Shown: positions 59,805 to 64,000 of the stretch, in pieces
Position numbering within the stretch: the first letter of the stretch is position 1
Layout: every line of letters begins with the position of its first letter
NCBI GenBank assembly: GCA_030390025.1
Contig: CM059432.1
Coordinates: 15,626,001-15,690,000 of the forward strand
Source: Squalus acanthias
Lineage: Eukaryota
Reading direction: 5' to 3'
Length of the DNA stretch: 64,000 nt
The notes under the pieces: generated by a model
Database searches by the model: none
Seen by the model: only the letters and a program-made list of their open reading frames with translations
What the model was told of the DNA's origin: nothing
Translations under genes and position numbers: made by a program

Positions 59805-60340
59805 GCTTGCATTTATACAGTGTTAAAACATCTCAAAACACTTCACTTTTGGAGTGCAGTGACTTGTTATGTGGGTAACATAGCTGCTGCACTTCACCAG
59901 CAACGCTCCACAGACAGCAATGAGATGAATACGCAGTCAGCCAGTGTTTGTGTTCTATGTTGTTAGCTAAAGGAGATATGTGGCCAACAGACCAGGAAAA
60001 TGATAGCATCCATCTGAATAGACACAGAAGAGGTGATTTATCTTTTGGCGGTGGTTGAAGACGGGCAGTAACAGATCGGCCGCCTGTTCTACACCCTGAA
60101 CTCCACGGAAAGGAAAATCACCCGGGGCGTACAACAGCGGCCAGTCTGCTATCGCCTGTTTACCGCCACCTTCGCAAGGTAAAATCAGCCCTACAGGATC
60201 CTGGTTTAATGTCTCATCTGATAATGCATCACTCGCTCAGTGCTCCCTCGCTGCAGTGGTAACTGAGATTATTGCCTGAAGTGGGGCTTAAACCAATAAC
60301 CTCCTCACTCCAAGTGTGAGGGTGGCACCAACTGAGGAAA
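59805..60340 (-). mobile_element. Highly degenerate DeuSINE split by a short palindromic MITE (60031-60191)
   Basis: cttgcatttatacagtg...ctccacagacagcaatgagatga...ggtttaatgtctcatctga. Confidence 0.6.
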
Positions 60341-60585
60341 GCTGACCAGCATACCCATGGTGAACTGCATTGCTGCTGTGCACTACAGTGAAATCCAAAC
60401 ATAGACCATCCTGCTCTTAAATCAGTTAAAGAAAATGTCCCAACTGGGTTCAAATCTGGAGAAATTGTTTTCTGGACTCCATATTGTTCCCTACGAAGCA
60501 AGTAATGTTGCACAGTAAATGCATCATTCTAACCAAAGTGTTTGTCTATTTGTACCTTTTGCATAAGAGAATTACGCTCGTCGCT

Positions 60586-61053
60586 GTGTCAGCCAGTGGC
60601 TCAGTGGGTAGCACCCTCACCTCTGAGTCAGAAGGTTGTGGGTTCAAGTCCCACTCCAGACACTTGAGCACAAAAATCTAGGCTGACACTCCAGTGCAGC
60701 ACACCCTCAGCACTGCACTGTCGGAGGTGCCGTCTTTTGGATGAGGCATTAAACCGAGGCCCCGTCTGCTCTCTCAGGCGAATGTAAAAGATCCCATGAA
60801 ACTATTTTGAAGAAGAGCAGGGGAGTTATCCCCGGTGTCCTGGCCAATATTTATCCCTCAATCAACATCATTAAAAAATAAACAGATTATCTGGTCATTA
60901 TAACATTGCTGTTTGTGGGAGCTTGCTGTGCCCAAATTAGCTACCGCGTTTCCTACATTACAACAACAGTGACTGCACTTCAAAAAGTACTTAATTGGCT
61001 GTAAAGTGCTTTGGCACGTCCTGAGGCTGTGAGTGGCGCTATATAAATGCAAG
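60586..61053 (+). mobile_element. Full-length DeuSINE
   Basis: Complete head, core and tail. Confidence 0.92.
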
Positions 61054-61492
61054 CCTTCTACTAAATATTTCTATGAAACAGGGAATACAATCCAGTATTT
61101 AATGTATAGTGTTGTAGAACATAATACCAAAAAAAAATTTGATGGCAGCATGAACAGTGACTTTTGCATAATACATTATCTTTTACATGGTTCATCAACA
61201 AAGGCTGTTGGTGATGATTTTACTTGTCTCAGATTGTCAGATAAGCCAAGAACCCTTCTGTAAGACTAGTGAAGTTGCTGGTTGGGTCTGATCCAGAAGG
61301 TGAGGGATGTGGAAAAGAATCACTCCAGAGGGGCTAATGTACCAACAGCGATATTCAATGTTAAGTTATTTTTTTTGGGGGTGGTGCTGATTTAATTTTT
61401 TGTGGAAGGGGTGACTCCCTGCTCCTCCTGACTATGTAATTGAGTTTACAGCTTTCCAATGACCCGATCACAAAGTGTTTGCACTGTTTGTT

Positions 61493-62050
61493 CTCCTGGC
61501 TGGCCTCCCACATTCTACCCTCCATAAACTTGAGGTCATCCAAAACTCGGCTGCCCGTGTCCTCACTCGCACCAAGTCCCGTTCACCCATCACCCCTGTG
61601 CTTGCCAACCTACATTGGCTCCCAGTTAAACAACGCCTCGATTTTAAAATTCTCATCCTTGTTTCCAAATCCCTCCATGGCCTCGCCCCTCCCTATCTCT
61701 GTAATCTCCTCCAGCCCCACAACCCTCCGAGATATCTGCGCATCTCTAATTCTGGCCTCTTGAGCATCCCCGATTTTAATCGCTCAACCATTGGTGGACG
61801 TGCCTTCAGCTGCCAAGGCCTTAAGCTCTGGAATTCCCTGCCTAAACCTCTCTGCCTCTCTACCTCTCTTTCCTCCTTTAAGACGCTCCTTAAGACCTAC
61901 CTCTTTGACCAAGCTTTTGGTCATTTGCCCTAATTTCTCCTTGTGTGGCTCGGTGTCAAATTTTGCTTTATCACACTTCTGTGCAGCGCTTCAGAAAGTT
62001 TTACTATGTTAAAGGAGCTATATAAATACAAGTTGTTGTTGTTGTTGTTG
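61493..62050 (+). mobile_element. L2 LINE C-terminus plus 3' UTR
   Basis: Open frame LEVIQNSAARVLTRTK..LHWLPVKQRLDFK..GGRAFS..LWNSLP..FKTLLKTYLFDQAF; (gtt)n tail. Confidence 0.95.
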
Positions 62051-62229
62051 GAACAACTCTGGATGTGATTGTAACACTTTCCTTTGAAAAGTATTCATTT
62101 TTACAGCACTGCCGTTCCTCGGTATTACCATTCCTGACAGGTTGTTTGTTAAGAAATAAAAAAAATAATAAAAGCAATAGAAGTAGAACTCTCCCAAAGT
62201 ACGTTTGGTGGTGAGTGCATTGTCCAGTG

Positions 62230-62740
62230 TGGAACTGAGCAATACAGACCAGGACGTATAATCTCTGGTCAGTATGAAGTTAGTTGTTCTCAGCTTGGGC
62301 TCCATTAGAACTTGTTGCAATTGGCCACAAAGTTCTTGGGTTGGGAGGAGAAAAATCCAGTCAGGGTTCCCACTTCTAATTACTATCCAGTGATCTTATG
62401 TTGGTTAGTGCTTGGGTATCATAGTTGGATAAAGACTGCAATGTCTGTGATAACTCTCTTGATCAAGTAGTCTGCTCATGCCCACTGACAGAGGTAGAGG
62501 AGTACTGATGACATCTGGAATATATGTGGTAGAACAAATGCAGGACAGAGACACCAGTTGCTAGTTCATGAGCTTGCTTTACTAGGCCAGAGCGAACTGA
62601 GCATGCTCATACTAAACCATGTGACAAACCATGTGCTAATACATTACAACACCCATAGAACTGTGCCCGTGGAGCTGTACCGATAGTACTGTGCCTGTGA
62701 AACTGTGCCCATAGGAGAGGAAGAGAGAAAATTGGAGAAA
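62230..62740 (+). mobile_element. Old SINE family, third copy
   Basis: actgagcaatacagaccagga..gttagttgttctcagc..ggaggagaaaaatccagtcagggttccc..aggagaggaagagagaaaattgg. Confidence 0.65.
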
Positions 62741-63141
62741 TAAGAAGCAACAAGAGTTTCATATTTTTCTATCTGTTTATAGAAGTGACTCCCTCTCTAG
62801 TGTCTAGACGGCTATTGACCACTTTAATCCAGACAATTGCAATCTTTCTCAAAACCAGGTCAGGGAAACTGGTAAAGGTGATGGTGGTTGTTATGTGTAA
62901 CATTGTGTACAATGTGTAACAAATGCATTAGTAAAGATATCCTTTGTTTGCTATTTCTAACAAAATCATAACTCCTACACATAGCGAACAGAGGGATCCT
63001 TACCCCCAGGTTTTTACTTTTATTAAGCATGTCATCGTAGATCATTATAGATTGTAGCCGAGGTTTGATATCGGCTAGAGACTTGGACCCCCCTCCCCCC
63101 GCCCCAAACCGTTTAAAGATTGACTCTTTTCTTTTCATCAG

Positions 63142-63312
63142 GTCTTTTCCCAGCCATCCTGAATCTTGCCAGCAATGCTGTGATCTCCACCAACGCAACC
63201 TGCGGTGAAAATGGCCCCGAGATGTACTGTAAGCTGGTTGAACATGTTCCTGGGCGGCCAATACGCAACCCGCAGTGTCGTATTTGTGACTTGAACAGTG
63301 CAAATCGTAAAG
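63142..63312 (+). CDS. LAMA1: Internal coding exon (exon 2 equivalent) of a laminin alpha chain, start of the laminin N-terminal (LN) domain; most similar to alpha-1
   Basis: Encodes GLFPAILNLASNAVISTNATCGENGPEMYCKLVEHVPGRPIRNPQCRICDLNSANRK, matching the LAMA1/LAMA2 N-terminus. AIL, ISTN, GRP and DxNSAN favour LAMA1 over LAMA2 (AVL, ITTN, GQP, NQNSSN). Polypyrimidine tract plus AG at 63140-63141, GT donor at 63313; 171 bp, phase 1 at both ends. Confidence 0.88.
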
Positions 63313-63345
63313 GTAAATAACTTATGAAGTGTGTTTGTGACATAT

Positions 63346-63745
63346 TGGGCGCGATCTTGCCAGCCCTGGGGAGGCGGGACTGCCGGGAAAATGGCAGAAT
63401 CTGGGGGCGGGTACCCATCCCGCCCCCAACCTGCCTCCGTGCCATCTTCCCAGGAGGTGGGTACCCGACCTGTGCCGGGTCCCGTCTCCTGGAGGCGGGA
63501 AGGGGATTACAGCCACTTAGCTACCTGTTAACAGGTAATTAACAGGTAGTTAAGAGGATTATCCCCATTTTTCCAGCAGAGGTGTGGGCTTCCCGACGTT
63601 GGGAAACCCCACCGGGGTCACCGAGGCGAGCAGTGGGTCTGCGGGGTTCGGAGGGGTGCTAAAGTGCGCTGTGGAGGTGAGTGATGGGTGCAAGTGTGGA
63701 GAGGTAAGTAGGTGAGGTGAGTGAAAAGCGATAGAAAATGTTTAC
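63346..63745. mobile_element. GC-rich MITE-like element just downstream of the laminin exon
   Basis: Abrupt CpG-rich block beginning gggcgcgatcttgcc, with internal inverted repeats (tacctgttaacaggta; cccgacgttggg). Confidence 0.55.
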
Positions 63746-64000
63746 TTACCTTTGTTTCTTCCTGCAGACTTCAACAGTTGGGGATGCGGAGAGTCTCGCA
63801 TCTCACTGGCAGAGATGACAGATGGCTGCTGCATTCTCCGATGCAACAGCCATCTAATTTCTGCTCACAAAAGAGGTTTAATGAGTCTTGAATACAAGGA
63901 CTGATCAAACAACAGAGAATGTCAGTGTCTGACAGCTTCACAGAGCTGTCAAACGATGACAATTCATCTGTCAAAGTTTTTGACAGATGAAACATCATAC

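Larger units (their letters stand above)
1..63141 (+). other. Probable large first intron of the laminin alpha gene (signal-peptide exon 1 not found in the window)
   Basis: No other host exon recognised upstream of the LN exon, and the sequence is dominated by interspersed repeats. The short exon 1 could have been missed. Confidence 0.55.

Noticed and set aside
63120..63320. 66-aa standalone ORF; alternative assignment to LAMA2
   Set aside because: The ORF ends are intronic and only 63142-63312 is exon. Diagnostic residues favour LAMA1, though LAMA2 is not fully excluded without phylogeny.

Overview
Repeat-rich vertebrate genomic DNA, almost certainly from a cartilaginous fish (shark), judged from HE1-like V-SINEs, SacSINE1/AmnSINE1-like DeuSINEs and many CR1 and L2 LINE fragments. 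The only host coding sequence I can support is one 171-bp phase-1/phase-1 exon of a laminin alpha chain (most like LAMA1 exon 2) at 63142-63312. The preceding ~63 kb is probably its first intron. Four observations stand out. (1) A young CR1 LINE at the left edge has an SGNH-esterase ORF1 ending on a canonical U_UUA_AAC slippery heptamer that leads, in the -1 frame, into an uninterrupted ORF2 with no AUG before its first endonuclease motifs (candidate programmed -1 frameshift). (2) Two Penelope-like families carry minimal hammerhead ribozyme motifs and repeatedly insert as fold-back palindromes with 11-13 bp target-site duplications, one being a perfect loopless 236-bp palindrome. (3) A decayed but apparently full-length PIF/Harbinger transposase, invisible in the ORF track, occurs with several GC-rich MITE families that have 3-bp TSDs. 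(4) Multi-level nested insertions give a relative chronology of the families. Boundaries of degenerate repeats are approximate, and family names rest on recalled consensus features rather than database searches.
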